Positions 26,860 to 37,600 are shown, counted from the first letter of the stretch. The stretch: 63,026 bases of DNA from Lachnospiraceae bacterium (GCA_036310685.1 JAXJRI010000213.1:1-63026), one strand, 5' to 3'. The notes: generated by a model from the sequence alone, not told the origin. Program-made: numbers and translations.

Positions 26860-28167
26860 ATGACAGCAAAAGAAGAAGCTAATAAGGAACTGGAAGAATA
26901 TTATAAAGAGATGGGTATCTCAGAGCCGGTCTACCGATTCTGTGCCCAGGTAGAGAAGGGATTAAAGGAGCGGTTTGAGAAGATTGACGCTGTAACGGAG
27001 GTCAATCAGATGAAGGTACTGAAGGCGATGCGTGATAATCGCCTCTCTGAGGCCTGCTTCGCTCCGACCACAGGATACGGATACAATGATATCGGAAGGG
27101 AGACTTTGGAGAAGATCTATGCGGATGTTTTCCACACTGAGGATGCCTTAGTAAGACAGCAGATTACCTGCGGAACTCATGCTTTAGCACTGGCACTTTC
27201 CAGCCAGCTGCGTCCTGGCGATGAGCTCTTAAGTCCAGTGGGCAAACCTTATGATACCTTAGAGGAGGTTATCGGAATCCGCCCATCTAACGGATCTTTA
27301 GCTGAGTATGGCATTTCCTATCGTCAGGTAGACCTCTTAGAGGATGGAAGTTTTGACTGGGATGGTATTAAGAAAGCGATCAATGAGAAGACCCGTCTTG
27401 TCACCATTCAGAGATCCAAAGGATATGCTTCCCGTCCAACATTTTCTGTCAGCCAGATTGGAGAGCTGATCTCCTTCGTCAAGAAGATTAAGCCAGATGT
27501 CTTATGCATGGTAGATAACTGCTATGGTGAGTTTGTTGAGACCATCGAGCCAAGTGATGTCGGTGCAGACTTAGTTGTGGGATCTCTGATTAAGAACCCA
27601 GGCGGCGGACTGGCACCGATTGGAGGATACCTTGCGGGAAGGAAGGAATGCATCGAGCGGGCAGAATATCGTCTGACTTCCCCAGGACTTGGAAGAGAAG
27701 TCGGAGCGACTCTCGGAGTTACTCGGTCCTTAGCACAGGGATTCTTCCTGGCGCCGACCGTTGTAAAGAGTGCCTTAAAAGGGGCAATCTTTGCTGCCAA
27801 TGTCTATGAGAAACTTGGCTTTACCGTAATTCCTAATAGTACAGAAAGCAGACATGACATTATTCAGGAGGTAGAGCTGAAAGACCCTGATCTCCTCTGC
27901 GCATTCTGCGAGGGAATCCAGGCAGCGGCACCAGTTGATAGCTTCGTTAAGCCAGAGCCATGGGATATGCCAGGATATGATTCTAAGGTTATCATGGCGG
28001 CGGGTGCATTCGTCTCAGGAGCTTCCATCGAACTCTCCGCAGATGGACCAATGAGAGATCCTTATGCAGTCTACTTCCAGGGCGGCCTCACTTGGGAACA
28101 TGCTAAGTACGGAATCATGATGTCTCTGCAGAGAATCTACGAGACCGGAAAGGTGAAACTTTCATAA
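26860..28167 (+). CDS. YnbB-like PLP-dependent methionine gamma-lyase family (aluminium resistance) protein
   Basis: TGYGY.D.GR, GTHA, QRSKGY, VDNCYGEF, GSLIKNPGGG, ELSADGP. Confidence 0.9.
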   Translation: MTAKEEANKELEEYYKEMGISEPVYRFCAQVEKGLKERFEKIDAVTEVNQMKVLKAMRDNRLSEACFAPTTGYGYNDIGRETLEKIYADVFHTEDALVRQQITCGTHALALALSSQLRPGDELLSPVGKPYDTLEEVIGIRPSNGSLAEYGISYRQVDLLEDGSFDWDGIKKAINEKTRLVTIQRSKGYASRPTFSVSQIGELISFVKKIKPDVLCMVDNCYGEFVETIEPSDVGADLVVGSLIKNPGGGLAPIGGYLAGRKECIERAEYRLTSPGLGREVGATLGVTRSLAQGFFLAPTVVKSALKGAIFAANVYEKLGFTVIPNSTESRHDIIQEVELKDPDLLCAFCEGIQAAAPVDSFVKPEPWDMPGYDSKVIMAAGAFVSGASIELSADGPMRDPYAVYFQGGLTWEHAKYGIMMSLQRIYETGKVKLS

Positions 28168-28293
28168 TTAAGACTAGATCGGTTAGCCTACGATTAACTT
28201 TCTCTAATAGGAATATACAAATGAAATGATTTGTGCTAGAATTATCTTCGAATCGGTCTGCAAATCGTCGCCTGGAGAGTGATTGGAGGCAAT

Positions 28294-28992
28294 ATGGAGA
28301 ACCGATCATTGAAAATGAAAGAACGTCCCGTTGCAGAGCGCCCGTATGAGAAGTGCATCTTGACTGGGCCTGAATCGCTGACAGATGGAGAATTATTAGC
28401 GGTTATCCTTCGGTGTGGAACGAAGAATTGTTCTGCTCTGGAGATGGCCTGGAAGATTCTGGAGAAACATCCAGTCTACAAAGGACTGGAAGGACTTCAC
28501 CACATGGACCGGAAGTCCCTGATGGAGATTCCCGGAGTGGGGAATGTGAAGGCGACTGAGATACTGTGTATTCTTGAGTTGTCTAAGAGACTCTCTAAGG
28601 TTCAAGCCAGAGAGAATATAGATTTCAGTTCCCCAGATTTTATCGCCAAGTATTACATGGAAGAGATGTGCCACCTGAAGATTGAAAAGGTGCTTCTTTT
28701 GTTGTTGGATGAGAAGCATCAGCTCCTCAGTGAGCTTATACTCTCAACCGGCACTTCTGACAGCGCCTTGGTGCCAGTGCGAAGCATTTTCCAGGAAGCG
28801 TTGAGGAATGAAGCGGCTTATGTGATTTTGATTCACAACCATCCATCCGGAGACCCAGAGCCGGGAAGAGAAGATCTTGTACTCACCCGGCAGATTGTAA
28901 AGGCTGGACAGATGGTGGAAGTTCCGCTCCTTGATCACATTATTATCGGGGATCATACCTTTATCAGCATGAGGGAAAAAGGACTGATATGA
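28294..28992 (+). CDS. radC: RadC-family JAB/MPN domain protein
   Basis: ERPYEK, ELLA.ILR.G, HhH IPGVG.VKA, HNHPSGDP.P..ED, LLDHIII; RBS GGAGG. Confidence 0.93.
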   Translation: MENRSLKMKERPVAERPYEKCILTGPESLTDGELLAVILRCGTKNCSALEMAWKILEKHPVYKGLEGLHHMDRKSLMEIPGVGNVKATEILCILELSKRLSKVQARENIDFSSPDFIAKYYMEEMCHLKIEKVLLLLLDEKHQLLSELILSTGTSDSALVPVRSIFQEALRNEAAYVILIHNHPSGDPEPGREDLVLTRQIVKAGQMVEVPLLDHIIIGDHTFISMREKGLI

Positions 28993-29037
28993 TAAGGCTG
29001 TGCAAAAGACGAGACATAGATGAGGTGAAAGGAGACT

Positions 29038-30081
29038 ATGATGTCTGAAAAAGTATATGGAATTGACATTGGAACCAATTCTATAAAGATTTACCAGAAA
29101 GGGGCAGGTGTTATTCTTCATCAGAAGAATATGATTGCCTTTATGCGCAAAAAGGAGCCATTTGCTCTCGGTGATGAGGCTTATGCTATGTATGAGAAGG
29201 CTCCTAAGAATATAGATGTTAAGAGTCCGATCATTAACGGAGTTATCGCTGATTTTACTGCCATGCAGACGATGATGGAACTTTATTTTAAGGGGATGAA
29301 GGGCAAGAAGTTTGCAGAAGGCCTTTCCGCAAACAGCAACTCTGAGTTTTATATCGCGGTTCCGACCGATATCACTGAGGTCGAGAAGAGAGCTTTCTTT
29401 GATCTGATTGCAAGTTCTTCTTTACGTTCAAAGAAGATCCAGATCGTGGAGAAACCAATCGCAGATGCCTTAGGAGCAGGTCTTAATGTGACTGATGCAA
29501 CAGGACGTCTGATTGTAAACATCGGAGCAGACACTACAGAGATCAGTCTGATCAGTTTAGGTGGTATTGTTCAGAGCCGTCTCTTAAAGATTGGCGGTAC
29601 AAAGTTCGATGAGGCGATTCAGCAGGCTGTTAAGAAGAAACATAATCTTGTCATTGGTATGAAGAGTGCTGAGCGTCTTAAGATGATGCTTGCCACAGGA
29701 GTGAAGGAAGATGAGGTTCAGACAGCAGATGTTGTGGGACGTAACTTGATCACAGGTCTTCCTAATAAGGTCACTGTCACAAGTTCTTTGATCTTTGATG
29801 CGATGCAGGAGAGTCTCTCTTCTGTTATTGATGCCATCAAGTTTATCTTAGAGAAGACACCGCCAGAATTATCTATGGATATCATGCATGATGGTATCTG
29901 CATGACTGGTGGATCTACACATATTAAGAACCTGGATGTTCTGATTCAGCAGGAGACAGGTCTTTCTATCATGAAGATGGAAGAGCCGGAGCTTACTGTA
30001 GTGAAGGGTCTTGGAATGATCATGGAGAATCCAGATTATGAGAGACTTGCACACGGACTTCAGGAGTCTACATTCCGCTAA
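29038..30081 (+). CDS. mreB: Rod shape-determining protein MreB (divergent)
   Basis: GIDIGT, P..NGVIADF, P.DITEVEKRA, LEKTPPEL, TGG; sits before mreC. Confidence 0.88.
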   Translation: MMSEKVYGIDIGTNSIKIYQKGAGVILHQKNMIAFMRKKEPFALGDEAYAMYEKAPKNIDVKSPIINGVIADFTAMQTMMELYFKGMKGKKFAEGLSANSNSEFYIAVPTDITEVEKRAFFDLIASSSLRSKKIQIVEKPIADALGAGLNVTDATGRLIVNIGADTTEISLISLGGIVQSRLLKIGGTKFDEAIQQAVKKKHNLVIGMKSAERLKMMLATGVKEDEVQTADVVGRNLITGLPNKVTVTSSLIFDAMQESLSSVIDAIKFILEKTPPELSMDIMHDGICMTGGSTHIKNLDVLIQQETGLSIMKMEEPELTVVKGLGMIMENPDYERLAHGLQESTFR

Positions 30082-30152
30082 AGAGTAGATAGCTGAATGC
30101 TAGGTCCTTAGTAGATAGGATTCAGTAATCTCAAAAGATACGAGGTAGGATT

Positions 30153-31016
30153 ATGAGGCATAAATTTGAATTTTCGCCAAGAATGCTCCTCTTGGCTCTG
30201 ACTGCTGTCTGTGTCATCCTGGTATCAATCAGTGTCGTATGGAAAGACACAGTGAGACCGTTCTCCAACATTGTTGGGGTGGTTGTAGTTCCGATGCAGA
30301 ATGGTATTAATACAGTCGGCAATTGGATTGGCAACCGTTCTGGTGATCTTAAGAGCCGGAAAGAGCTAGAGAGGGAGAATGCCCAGCTTAAAGAGAAGGT
30401 GGATGAGCTCGAGAAGAAGAATCAGAATCTGAGCCAGAGTTCTCAGGAGCTTTCCGATTTGAGAAAGCTTGTATCTCTGAAGGAAGAGTACAAGAATTAT
30501 CCAACCACAGGAGCGAGAGTGATTGGTGCCGGAATGGGTAACTGGTATCAGAGTTTTATCATTAATAAAGGTTCCAAGGACGGCATTAAGCCTAATATGA
30601 ACGTTCTCGCCGACAATGGACTTGTCGGTATCGTGACAAGTGTCGGTTATAATTATGCGAGAGTGAAATCCATCATTTCTGACTCCAGCAGAGTGAGTGC
30701 AGTCTCTGTCAGCAGTGCAGATACCTGTATTGTTGAGGGCGACAGCCAGGCTTTGAGTAAAAGCGGTGTTCTTGATGTAACATACATCAGCAAGAATGCT
30801 AAGATGAAGGCAGGAGATGAATTGGTAACCAGCCAGATAAGCTCCAAATATCTTGAGGGACTCAGAATTGGTACGGTAAGCAATATCAAGACAGATTCTT
30901 CTGATCTGACACAGTCGGCAGAAGTGACACCGGTCGTGGACTTTTCCCATATCCGGAATGTTTTAGTTATTACAAAGCTTAAGGAAGTACCAGCCAGCGA
31001 ATCTGCTGTAGACTGA
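30153..31016 (+). CDS. mreC: Rod shape-determining protein MreC
   Basis: N-terminal TM, coiled coil, INKGS.DG...NM.V....GLVG, GD.LVTS, P.VDF. Confidence 0.92.
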   Translation: MRHKFEFSPRMLLLALTAVCVILVSISVVWKDTVRPFSNIVGVVVVPMQNGINTVGNWIGNRSGDLKSRKELERENAQLKEKVDELEKKNQNLSQSSQELSDLRKLVSLKEEYKNYPTTGARVIGAGMGNWYQSFIINKGSKDGIKPNMNVLADNGLVGIVTSVGYNYARVKSIISDSSRVSAVSVSSADTCIVEGDSQALSKSGVLDVTYISKNAKMKAGDELVTSQISSKYLEGLRIGTVSNIKTDSSDLTQSAEVTPVVDFSHIRNVLVITKLKEVPASESAVD

Positions 31017-31082
31017 GGGAGCAGTGAAGCAGTGCTCGCCTGAGAGAACTGAGTAACGATAGGAAGAACAGGGGTGATCTGT

Positions 31083-31598
31083 ATGAAGAGAGTGATCACG
31101 GTCGGTATCGGGATATTTGTATGTTTTATCCTGCAGACGGCGGTGTTTGACTTGTTTAAGCTTGCTGGCATAGTGCCTAACATTATGCTGGTTCTGGTCG
31201 CTTCCATTGCAATTATGAGAGGCCAGAAAGCAGGAATGCTGACTGGCTTTTTTGCTGGACTGCTGATCGATATATTTTATGGAACTTATGTGGGGCTGTT
31301 TGCATTCGTCTACATGATATTCGGCTTTGTCGACGGATATTTCCAGCGTATCTATTATTCCGATGATAATTTTCTTCCCCTTCTGCTGATTGGGGTCAAT
31401 GACTTGGTCTATGGACTGATTATGTTTGTTGGATATGGAATGCTGAACAACCATCTACAGTTCTTTTATTACATGAAATCAAGAATTCTTCCGGAATTCG
31501 TCTATACCGTGGCGGTTGCGATCGTATTTTATCAGGTATTGTTAAGAATTAATGATAGACTTGAGAGAAGTAACGGAGGATCTACAGACATTGTTTGA
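31083..31598 (+). CDS. mreD: Rod shape-determining protein MreD
   Basis: Hydrophobic; P.I.L, G...GF.AGLL.D; synteny. Confidence 0.9.
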   Translation: MKRVITVGIGIFVCFILQTAVFDLFKLAGIVPNIMLVLVASIAIMRGQKAGMLTGFFAGLLIDIFYGTYVGLFAFVYMIFGFVDGYFQRIYYSDDNFLPLLLIGVNDLVYGLIMFVGYGMLNNHLQFFYYMKSRILPEFVYTVAVAIVFYQVLLRINDRLERSNGGSTDIV

Positions 31599-34503
31599 TA
31601 ATATTCCAAGGCCGGATTTTTCGCAAATCAAGGCGCAGTTAAAAGGATTTTTTTCTAACAGAATAATGGTTGTCGGGGCTTTCCTTCTGTTTCTGCTCTT
31701 TATCCTGGTTTACCGTCTCTTTATCCTTCAGATTGTCCAGGGTGATAAACATCAGGCGAATTTGAACTATAAAGTCGAGAGAACGATTGAGACGAGCGGT
31801 GCCAGAGGCAATATCTATGACTGTAACGGTAAGCTTTTAGCTTATAATCAGCTGGCTTATTCCGTGACACTGCAGTTTAATGACAACATGGCTTCAGAAG
31901 CAGCCGAGGCCAAGCTGTCACTCAATGACTACCGCAATCAGGTAGTTGCCCGTCTGATCAAAGTCTTAGAGGATAATAAAGATGAGGTGGTTTATGACCT
32001 GCCATTAACTCTCTCCTCCTCTGGAAAGATTGAGTTTACGATAAAGGGTTCTGCTCTGACACGATTTAAGAAGAATATCTATGGAATCACGAATCTTGAC
32101 AACTTAGATGACGAGGACCGTGCAAAGGCGGAGAAATGGCTCAACTCTTCTCCAACAGAGGTCTATGAGTATCTTCGGTCTGGTAAGAACGGCCCGACTG
32201 GCGTGGGAGAGATGTTCGGCATCTCAGATAAGTATTCCAAGAAAGAGACACTGAAGATTATGAGTGTTCGTTATGACATCTATATGAATCGTTATTCGCA
32301 GACGACGCCAATCACAGTGGCCTCCAATATTTCTGATCGCAGTATCGCAGCGATTCAGGAGAATAAGAGCAAGTATCCAGGTGTCACGATTCGATCGGAC
32401 AGCCTGAGAAAATATAAAGATGCCAAGTATTTTGCAGCGATTATCGGCTATACCGGATCGGTATCTGAGAATGATCTAGAAGCCCTTAACAGCGGTAAGG
32501 AGAAAGGTAAGAAGTACAAAGCTAACGATGTTGTCGGAAAGACAGGAATCGAAAAGACTATGGAGAATACACTCCAGGGTAAAAAAGGTCAGCAGAAGGT
32601 TGTTGTTAACAATTTAGGTAAGGTTATCTCAACAGTTAACACAACAAAAGCTGAGCCGGGTGATGACATTTACTTGACCATCGACAGCAATCTTCAGAAA
32701 TATGCCTATGACATTTTAGAGCGAAGGCTCGCCGGTATTATTCTTGCACATCTCACCTCTTCTGATTCTACAGAAGACGGTATGATTCCAATGCATAATG
32801 TCTTGTTTGCACTGATTGATAATAATGTGGTTGATATCAGTAAGCTCACCACCAAGACTTCCACTGCTAATGAGCATGCAGTTTATGGACAGTTTAAGAA
32901 TCAGCAGCGTAAGGTTTTGAATCATCTGGTGACAGAGATGCAGTATGGAACAACCAAGATTAAGGATCTCAACGATGAAGACCAGGAGTATGAGAAGTAT
33001 ATCTATAACTACCTGTCAAGTGAGGGATTCCTGGATTCTTCTAAAGTTGATCAGGATGATGCTACTTATATTAAGTGGAAGAACGAGGATATCAGTCTAA
33101 GAGATTTCATGAGACATGCGATTAAGAAAGAGTGGATTGATATTACAAGCCTGAAGATCAAGTCCGACTATTATGATGCAGATGAGATTTACAGTGAGCT
33201 GATCTCTTATATCCGATATGCTCTTATTAAAGATGAGGATTTCGACAAGCTGATTTATAAATATATGATTCGTTCGAATGAGCTGAGCGGTCGAAATGTA
33301 TGTATGCTTCTCTATGATCAGGGAGTGCTTAACAAGAAGAAGGATAAGGAGTATACTTCTTTGAAGAATGGTAAGACCAGTGCCTATGACTTTATGGTCA
33401 GCAAGATTCGAAAGATTGAGATTACACCAGCACAGCTTGCACTGGACCCATGTTCAGGATCTGTCATTATTACAGATCCGAAGAGTGGTGCTGTGAAGGC
33501 GATGGTATCTTATCCAAGTTATGATAATAATAGACTTGCCAATAAGATTGATAACGTCTACTATGCAGCCTTGAATAAAGATAAGTCTTCTCCTATGCTG
33601 AATAGAGCGACACAGACGAAGACGGCACCAGGTTCTACCTTTAAGCCGATCTCTTCCACCGCTTTACTGCAGGAGAATGTGATCAATCAAGATACCTACA
33701 TCAATTGTACCGGCCTTTTTGATAAGATTTCACCAGCAGCGAAATGCTGGATATATCCTAGAGGCCATGGAAATCTGAATGTCAGCGGAGCAATTGCTAA
33801 TTCCTGTAACTACTTCTTCTATACTGGTGCATACCGTATGGGAACAATTAATGGTAATTACAACAGTGAATATGCTTTAAAGAAACTGAAAAAGTATGCT
33901 AAGATGTACGGATTAGATCGTAAATCAGGAGTGGAACTTACTGAGTATTCTCCACAGATATCTGATGAGGATGCGGTTCGATCCGCGATTGGACAGGGTA
34001 CCCATTCCTATGCTCCTGTTCAGATTTCCAGGTATCTGACTTCTCTGGTCAATCAGCAGAATCTGATGAAGTTGACCCTGTTAGAGAAGAGTACAGATAC
34101 AGATGGCAGTACTAAGGAAGAATACGCTGGTAAGAAGATTGAGAAATTAGATGTCACTGAGCACACATTTAAGCTTATTAAGATTGGTATGAGAGATGTA
34201 GTCAGTGGACCGAATAGTTCCATTAAGAGCCTCTATAAGGGACTCAAATTAAAAGTAGCTGGAAAAACTGGTACTGCACAGGAGAATAAGAAGCGTCCAA
34301 ACCATGCCTTATTTATCTCCTATGCACCTTATGATGATCCAAAGATTGCGATGACGGTTGTCGTTCCTAACGGATATACATCAGCCAATGCGGCGGAGAT
34401 TGCCAGAGACATTTATAAGTATTACTTCAATAAGGCAAGCAACAAAGAACTGAACTCAACGGGAGCTTTGCTTCCAACAGGTTCGGATGCTTCGAATGAC
34501 TAA
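31591..34503 (+). CDS. mrdA: Class B penicillin-binding protein (PBP2-like) with large insertions
   Basis: RG.IYDCNG, G..G.EK..E..L.G..G; transpeptidase motifs STFK, SCN, KTG; TTG start after GGAGG. Confidence 0.88.
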   Translation: MFDNIPRPDFSQIKAQLKGFFSNRIMVVGAFLLFLLFILVYRLFILQIVQGDKHQANLNYKVERTIETSGARGNIYDCNGKLLAYNQLAYSVTLQFNDNMASEAAEAKLSLNDYRNQVVARLIKVLEDNKDEVVYDLPLTLSSSGKIEFTIKGSALTRFKKNIYGITNLDNLDDEDRAKAEKWLNSSPTEVYEYLRSGKNGPTGVGEMFGISDKYSKKETLKIMSVRYDIYMNRYSQTTPITVASNISDRSIAAIQENKSKYPGVTIRSDSLRKYKDAKYFAAIIGYTGSVSENDLEALNSGKEKGKKYKANDVVGKTGIEKTMENTLQGKKGQQKVVVNNLGKVISTVNTTKAEPGDDIYLTIDSNLQKYAYDILERRLAGIILAHLTSSDSTEDGMIPMHNVLFALIDNNVVDISKLTTKTSTANEHAVYGQFKNQQRKVLNHLVTEMQYGTTKIKDLNDEDQEYEKYIYNYLSSEGFLDSSKVDQDDATYIKWKNEDISLRDFMRHAIKKEWIDITSLKIKSDYYDADEIYSELISYIRYALIKDEDFDKLIYKYMIRSNELSGRNVCMLLYDQGVLNKKKDKEYTSLKNGKTSAYDFMVSKIRKIEITPAQLALDPCSGSVIITDPKSGAVKAMVSYPSYDNNRLANKIDNVYYAALNKDKSSPMLNRATQTKTAPGSTFKPISSTALLQENVINQDTYINCTGLFDKISPAAKCWIYPRGHGNLNVSGAIANSCNYFFYTGAYRMGTINGNYNSEYALKKLKKYAKMYGLDRKSGVELTEYSPQISDEDAVRSAIGQGTHSYAPVQISRYLTSLVNQQNLMKLTLLEKSTDTDGSTKEEYAGKKIEKLDVTEHTFKLIKIGMRDVVSGPNSSIKSLYKGLKLKVAGKTGTAQENKKRPNHALFISYAPYDDPKIAMTVVVPNGYTSANAAEIARDIYKYYFNKASNKELNSTGALLPTGSDASND

Positions 34504-34518
34504 GGGACAGGAGATTGC

Positions 34519-35382
34519 ATGAAAAGTTCTGTTATCATTAAAGGAAATAAATATGGTTTTGCGATTGTTCTCAATCCGTCCCTTCCCTTCGAGATTCTGC
34601 TAAAAGAGGTGGAAGATAAATTTCGAGAATCGAAGAATTTCTTCCACACGGATCGCAGTGTGGCAGTAAGTTTTGAGGGAAGAGATTTGACCGATGGAGA
34701 ACAGACCGCTCTAGTGGATGCGATTGCCAGAGGCAGTGGCCTTGTCATCAGTTATATTATTGATGGCGCATCTGCCTTAGAGACAAAATACAAGATGGCA
34801 ATTGAGAACAGGGAGCGAGAAGGCCCTAAGGAAGATCAGTTTTCATATTCTGATCCTAAGGAAGAGGGGGAAGAAGAGGATCATCTGTCCGGGGAGGATG
34901 AGAACTCTGATGAAGAGTCCGAGAATCTTACCGGACCAGATATGATTGATGGGTTTCCTGCTCCGAAGGTCCACAAGAATGGACAGTTCTATCGGGGAAC
35001 TCTGAGATCCGGGCAGAAGATTGAGGTTCCAGGAAGCATTGTAATTCTTGGAGATGTCAATCCTGGTGCAGTCGTCGTCGCGGGAGGTAATGTTGTCGTG
35101 ATAGGCTGCCTGAAGGGAACGGTTTATGCAGGATGTCCAGATGGAGATGATGCGATGGTTATCGCACTGACTATGGACCCGATGCAGATTCAGATTGGGC
35201 ATCACATTGCAAGGTCTCCAGACCATAAACAGACCAAAGAGAGAAGATTTTTAAAGAAACATCACCGTCCGGAATTTGAGGCCAAGATGGCTTTCGTTGA
35301 CAAGGATGGCATATTTATCGAGACAATCACGCGATCACTGATCAGTGAACTCAGTTTAAGCGAGATAAAGGAGAACAAGTAA
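34519..35382 (+). CDS. minC: Septum site-determining protein MinC
   Basis: TLRSGQ, GDVNPGA...AGGN..V.G.L.G...AG; acidic linker. Confidence 0.92.
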   Translation: MKSSVIIKGNKYGFAIVLNPSLPFEILLKEVEDKFRESKNFFHTDRSVAVSFEGRDLTDGEQTALVDAIARGSGLVISYIIDGASALETKYKMAIENREREGPKEDQFSYSDPKEEGEEEDHLSGEDENSDEESENLTGPDMIDGFPAPKVHKNGQFYRGTLRSGQKIEVPGSIVILGDVNPGAVVVAGGNVVVIGCLKGTVYAGCPDGDDAMVIALTMDPMQIQIGHHIARSPDHKQTKERRFLKKHHRPEFEAKMAFVDKDGIFIETITRSLISELSLSEIKENK

Positions 35383-35383
35383 G

Positions 35384-36175
35384 ATGAGTGAAGTAATTGT
35401 AATCACGTCCGGAAAGGGCGGAGTAGGAAAGACCACCACCACCGCAAACATTGGTACAGGCTTAGCCAAACTCGGTAAGAGCGTAGTCATGATTGATACC
35501 GATATCGGACTTCGTAACCTGGACGTTGTCATGGGACTTGAAAATCGTATCGTCTACAATCTGGTAGATGTAGTGGAAGGCAACTGTCGTCCAAAGCAGG
35601 CCATGATTAAGGATAAGAAGTATGATAATCTCTTCCTTCTTCCTTCTGCACAGACAAGAGATAAGACTTCTGTTACTCCGGACCAGATGAAGCAATTAAT
35701 CGATAGTCTCAGAGAAGAATATGATTATATTCTGTTAGATTGTCCTGCAGGAATTGAGCAGGGATTTAAGAATGCGATTGCCGGTGCTGACCGTGCCATT
35801 ATCGTAACAACTCCTGAGGTATCTGCTATTCGTGATGCTGACCGTATCATCGGACTGCTTGAGGCACAGGAATTTAAGAAGATTGATCTGATTGTCAACC
35901 GTATCCGTCCAGACATGATCAAGAGAGGCGATATGCTTTCTGTAGATGATGTCATTGATATTCTTGCTATTCATGTCATTGGCGTGGTGCCAGACGATGA
36001 GAGTATTGTCGTATCAACTAATGAAGGTGAGCCGATTGTCGGAAAGAATACACCAGCAGGTAAGGCTTATAATAATATCTGCAGAAGAGTGATGGGTGAG
36101 GATGTTCCTCCAATTAACTTTGAGGCAGAAAGCTTCTTCACAAAACTTGTCAGATTATTTAAGCGTGGATACTAG
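35384..36175 (+). CDS. minD: Septum site-determining ATPase MinD
   Basis: SGKGGVGKTT, D.DIGLRNLD, DCPAGIE.GF, C-terminal amphipathic helix. Confidence 0.97.
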   Translation: MSEVIVITSGKGGVGKTTTTANIGTGLAKLGKSVVMIDTDIGLRNLDVVMGLENRIVYNLVDVVEGNCRPKQAMIKDKKYDNLFLLPSAQTRDKTSVTPDQMKQLIDSLREEYDYILLDCPAGIEQGFKNAIAGADRAIIVTTPEVSAIRDADRIIGLLEAQEFKKIDLIVNRIRPDMIKRGDMLSVDDVIDILAIHVIGVVPDDESIVVSTNEGEPIVGKNTPAGKAYNNICRRVMGEDVPPINFEAESFFTKLVRLFKRGY

Positions 36176-36186
36176 GGGGGATTATT

Positions 36187-36468
36187 ATGGGTTTCTTCGA
36201 TTCCTTTTTTAGAAAAAGATCATCGGGAAGCAAAGCAAAGGACCGTCTGAAGCTGGTTCTTGTGTCAGACAGAGCTAACTGCTCCCCTGAGACGATGGAA
36301 ATGATTAAAAATGATATTATTAAAGTAATCTCCAAATATATGGAGATCGATACACGCGGCCTTGATATTCAGATCACACAGACAGAGTCTGATGAGGGCA
36401 ATGGAAGTGTACCTGCTATCTATGCTAATATTCCGATTAAGGGGCTCAAAAGTCATAAAGAGCAGTAG
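36187..36468 (+). CDS. minE: Cell division topological specificity factor MinE
   Basis: AKDRLKLVL..DR, DII.VISKY, ANIPI. Confidence 0.95.
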   Translation: MGFFDSFFRKRSSGSKAKDRLKLVLVSDRANCSPETMEMIKNDIIKVISKYMEIDTRGLDIQITQTESDEGNGSVPAIYANIPIKGLKSHKEQ

Positions 36469-36477
36469 GTGATTATC

Positions 36478-37590
36478 GTGTTTCGTCAGAGATATCAGAT
36501 AAAGAATTTGAACCTGCCCCTGGCAGGGGCGGTTATCGCGTTGGGAGTGCTAGGCGTTGTATTTATTAATGACGCCGACAGCTCCTATACAGGAAAGCAG
36601 CTAGTGGGGCTGATCGCATGTCTTGGTCTCATGTTTCTTTTTGCTGCGATTGACTACAATTACATATTAAGCTACAGTAATGTACTTTATATTATTAATC
36701 TTATTATGCTTTTATCTGTCAAGCTTTTCGGTTCCAGTGCCGGAGGTGCGAAGCGATGGATTAATCTGGGATTTACGAGGATACAACCTTCCGAATTCAC
36801 CAAGATTATCATGATTATCTTTGTGGCCAATTATATTCAGGAGCATGAGGAAGATTTCAGACAGCCTAAGGTACTGGTAAAACTGCTAGTCCTCTGTGTG
36901 ATTCCAATGTTCCTTGTACTCTCCCAGCCAGACCTCTCAACCACTATGGATATCGCGATGATACTTTTTGCGGTTATCTTTGTTGGAGGATTGAATGGGA
37001 AACTGATAAGGAATGCGGTCCTGATTCTTGTACCTTTGATGGCTGTGTTTCTCTGGTATATTCAGACACCGAATCAGATTCTCTTAAAAGAGTATCAGGT
37101 TACCCGTATTATGACCTTTGTTGATCCGGCAGATTACTCAGATACGACAGCATACCAGCAGGATAACTCTGTTATGGCGATTGGATCTGGCCAGCTTTTC
37201 GGAAAGGGTATCAGCCATAACACGATCTCCGAGGTTAATGTTACCGATACCGGTCTGGTATCAGAACAGCAGACTGACTTTATCTTCTCCGTTGTCGGAG
37301 AGGAAGTGGGCTTTATCGGAAGTGTAATAGTTATTGCGCTGATGGGCCTCTTGGTGGTACAATGTTTAATAATAGGGCATCGATCTAAAAACATGAGTGG
37401 AAGGTTGATTGCCGTCGGAATGGCGGCGCTCATCGGTTTTCAGTCGTTCATCAACATCGGAGTTGCGACGGAGATACTGCCCAATACCGGTTTGACCCTG
37501 CCGTTTATCAGCTACGGATTGACGTCATTATTAAGCTGCACGATAGGTATGGGGATTGTTCTAAATATCGGACTGCAAAGACAGTATTAG
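36478..37590 (+). CDS. rodA: SEDS family protein RodA
   Basis: GAKRWI, QPSEF.K, QPDL, AIGSG, TDFIFS..GEE.GF, TG.TLPF.SYG. Confidence 0.9.
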   Translation: MFRQRYQIKNLNLPLAGAVIALGVLGVVFINDADSSYTGKQLVGLIACLGLMFLFAAIDYNYILSYSNVLYIINLIMLLSVKLFGSSAGGAKRWINLGFTRIQPSEFTKIIMIIFVANYIQEHEEDFRQPKVLVKLLVLCVIPMFLVLSQPDLSTTMDIAMILFAVIFVGGLNGKLIRNAVLILVPLMAVFLWYIQTPNQILLKEYQVTRIMTFVDPADYSDTTAYQQDNSVMAIGSGQLFGKGISHNTISEVNVTDTGLVSEQQTDFIFSVVGEEVGFIGSVIVIALMGLLVVQCLIIGHRSKNMSGRLIAVGMAALIGFQSFINIGVATEILPNTGLTLPFISYGLTSLLSCTIGMGIVLNIGLQRQY

Positions 37591-37600
37591 GAGGCACAGT

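Noticed and set aside
28230..28243. Exact 14-mer tttgtgctagaatt shared with 51556-51569
   Set aside because: Explained by two extended -10 promoters (TGcTAGAAT) upstream of radC and uppP; not evidence of a mobile repeat.
28294..28992. radC as a marker of a mobile element or anti-defence locus
   Set aside because: It is the full-length chromosomal form in its usual position before mreBCD.
30366..31454. Long antisense ORFs (194, 184 and 163 aa) over mreC/mreD, and similar ones throughout the window
   Set aside because: They overlap well-supported plus-strand genes, lack RBS and motifs, and are expected from codon bias.
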